NCBI GenBank assembly: GCA_964450845.1
Contig: CAYVGZ010000029.1
Location: 1-16,656 of the forward strand
Direction of reading: 5' to 3'
Length of the DNA stretch: 16,656 nt
From: an uncultured Candidatus Bathyarchaeia archaeon
GTDB taxonomy: Archaea; Thermoproteota; Bathyarchaeia; Bathyarchaeales; Bathycorpusculaceae
The position numbers were made by a program, and so were the translations under genes. Of this stretch, positions 15,129 through 16,656 are shown one piece after another. Under the pieces are notes generated by a model. That model saw only the letters and a program-made list of their open reading frames with translations. It had not been told where the DNA came from and ran no database searches. The first letter of the stretch is position 1. Every line of letters begins with the position of its first letter.

Positions 15129-16457
15129 ATGCAGAAAATTAGAGTTGTTATAATGGGCGCAGCTGGCAGGGACTTCCACAACTTTAATGTCTATTTTAGA
15201 AATAACAGTGTCTATGAAGTTGTGGCTTTTACAGCCACACAGATTCCTGGCATAGAAGGCAGAATATATCCGCCTGAGCTTGCAGGTCCAAATTACCCGA
15301 ATGGTATACCAATTTATCCAGAAGAAGAGCTACCCAAACTGATAAAAGAACATGATATTGATCAAGTTATTTTTGCCTACAGCGACGTTTCACACGAGTA
15401 TGTAATGCATAAGGCTTCAATAGCATTGGCTAGTGGCGCAGACTTCCGTTTAATGGGACCAAAAACCACAATGCTAAAAGCAAAAGTTCCAGTTGTATCA
15501 GTAGGCGCTGTCAGAACAGGTTCAGGCAAAAGTCAAACCTCACGGCAAGTCGCGAGAATTTTGAAAAACAAAGGTTTGAGGGTTGTGGTTATTAGGCATC
15601 CCATGCCCTATGGAGACTTAAGAAAGCAAATTTGGGAACGTTTTGCTTCATACGAAGATTTGGACACGTATAAATGCACGATTGAAGAAAGAGAAGAATA
15701 TGAGCCTCACATCGACAACGGCATTATCGTCTACGCTGGGGTTGACTACGGAAAAATTTTGGAAGAAGCTGAAAAAGAGGTAGATGTCATAGTTTGGGAC
15801 GGGGGCAACAACGATTTATCTTTTTATAAACCAGACTTGCACATTGTTGTAGCTGATCCACACAGAGCTGGGCATGAAGTGGCTTATCACCCTGGTGAGA
15901 CTAATTTGCGAATGGCAAACGTTGTAATAATAAACAAGGTTGACACTGCAGATCCGCAAAACGTAAAACAAGTTAAAGAAAATATAAAGATGCTTAATCC
16001 AAAAGCCATAATCTTAGATGCGGCTTCGCCCATAACAGCTGATAAACCAGAGTTAATTAAAGGAAAACGCGTTTTAGTGATCGAGGATGGACCAACACTT
16101 ACACATGGTAATATGCCCTATGGGGCTGGAATAATAATGGCGCAAAAATTAGGGGCAAAGGAAATTGTTGACCCGAAACCGTATGCTGTTGGTTCAATAA
16201 AGGAAACATATAAGAAATACACGCATTTAGGAACCATTCTTCCAGCGATTGGCTACGGTGAAAAACAAATAGACGAGCTTAAGGAAACCATTGACCGCAC
16301 GCCTTGCGATGTTGTAGTGATTGGGACACCCATCGACTTGAGAAGAGTCATGACCATTAACAAGCCGACGGTGAGAGTTAAATATGAACTTCAAGTTTTA
16401 GGTCCAGTCTCGCTTGAGCAGGTTTTGGAAGAGTTTCTCCAAAGAGGTAAAAAGTAA
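15129..16457 (+). CDS. COG2403 P-loop enzyme (cyclic 2,3-diphosphoglycerate synthetase superfamily), most like the arginine synthetase ArcE clade, 442 aa
   Basis: N-terminal IMGAAGRDFHNFN, FTATQIP, P-loop VRTGSGKSQT, RHPMPYGDL, TIEEREEYEPH, WDGGNND, YHPGE.N, EDGPTLTHG.M..GAG, PAIGY. Start moved from the track's TTG at 15087 to ATG 15129. Confidence 0.8.
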   Translation: MQKIRVVIMGAAGRDFHNFNVYFRNNSVYEVVAFTATQIPGIEGRIYPPELAGPNYPNGIPIYPEEELPKLIKEHDIDQVIFAYSDVSHEYVMHKASIALASGADFRLMGPKTTMLKAKVPVVSVGAVRTGSGKSQTSRQVARILKNKGLRVVVIRHPMPYGDLRKQIWERFASYEDLDTYKCTIEEREEYEPHIDNGIIVYAGVDYGKILEEAEKEVDVIVWDGGNNDLSFYKPDLHIVVADPHRAGHEVAYHPGETNLRMANVVIINKVDTADPQNVKQVKENIKMLNPKAIILDAASPITADKPELIKGKRVLVIEDGPTLTHGNMPYGAGIIMAQKLGAKEIVDPKPYAVGSIKETYKKYTHLGTILPAIGYGEKQIDELKETIDRTPCDVVVIGTPIDLRRVMTINKPTVRVKYELQVLGPVSLEQVLEEFLQRGKK

Positions 16458-16656
16458 TGAGCGGTGAAGAAGCGGAGATTTCGCGTATAAAAATAAAATT
16501 TATAATCGAAGGGTTAGGCGAAGCTGAAGGAGAGTTTGTACGTTTTTTGGCGCCGAGAACCATAGATACTTTAGTTAGGAAGCTTCCGATTGAGGGCAGA
16601 GCAGCTTTATGGAAGGAAGAAGTGTATTTTGAAACTCCGATTAAGATGGGAGAAGA
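16457..16656 (+). CDS. Cyclophilin-like fold protein (DUF369/TM1367/AF2241-like), truncated by the window edge
   Basis: ATG overlaps the previous TAA (TAATG), with SD GAGGT upstream. Reads MSGEEAEISRIKIKFIIEGLGEAEGEFVRFLAPRTIDTLVRKLPIEGRAALWKEEVYFETPIKMGE. The APRT...LP..G.A..W.EEVYF pattern is typical of the family. Not in the ORF track. Confidence 0.75.
   Translation, partial: MSGEEAEISRIKIKFIIEGLGEAEGEFVRFLAPRTIDTLVRKLPIEGRAALWKEEVYFETPIKMGE

Noticed and set aside
1-16656. CRISPR array, transposase, integrase, rRNA or tRNA
   Set aside because: No regularly spaced repeats or diagnostic motifs were seen. The only notable repeats are the short ones reported.

Overview
Archaeal chromosomal window. 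Evidence: group II chaperonin, HdrABC, BRE/TATA promoters and GGAGGT/GGTGA ribosome-binding sites. The gene content suggests Bathyarchaeia or a similar anaerobic heterotroph, but this taxonomy is inference only. Gene order: thermosome (-, runs off the left edge, missed by the ORF track); threonine-synthase-like PLP enzyme (-); etfB-etfA (+); a ~300-nt spacer rich in stems; a sugar-phosphate isomerase/epimerase TIM barrel (+); an IPCT/DIPPS-type cytidylyltransferase + CDP-alcohol phosphotransferase fusion with an extra C-terminal membrane domain (+); acyl-CoA dehydrogenase (-); a 76-aa Cys/His protein (-); hdrB-hdrC-hdrA (-); a decayed ACT-domain regulator fragment (-); a COG2403 P-loop enzyme most like arginine synthetase ArcE (+); and a cyclophilin-like-fold gene running off the right edge. 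The most notable item is the 1127-aa HdrA, which has a whole GltD/NfnB-like NAD(P)H-flavin module inserted inside its ferredoxin domain and no mvhD beside it. It sits with hdrBC, an acyl-CoA dehydrogenase and ETF, which suggests a pyridine-nucleotide-linked Hdr module tied to acyl-CoA metabolism. Other points are the three-domain IPCT/DIPPS cassette, bracketed by an 11-bp direct repeat, and several operator-like palindromes. No CRISPR array, tRNA, rRNA or transposase was seen.
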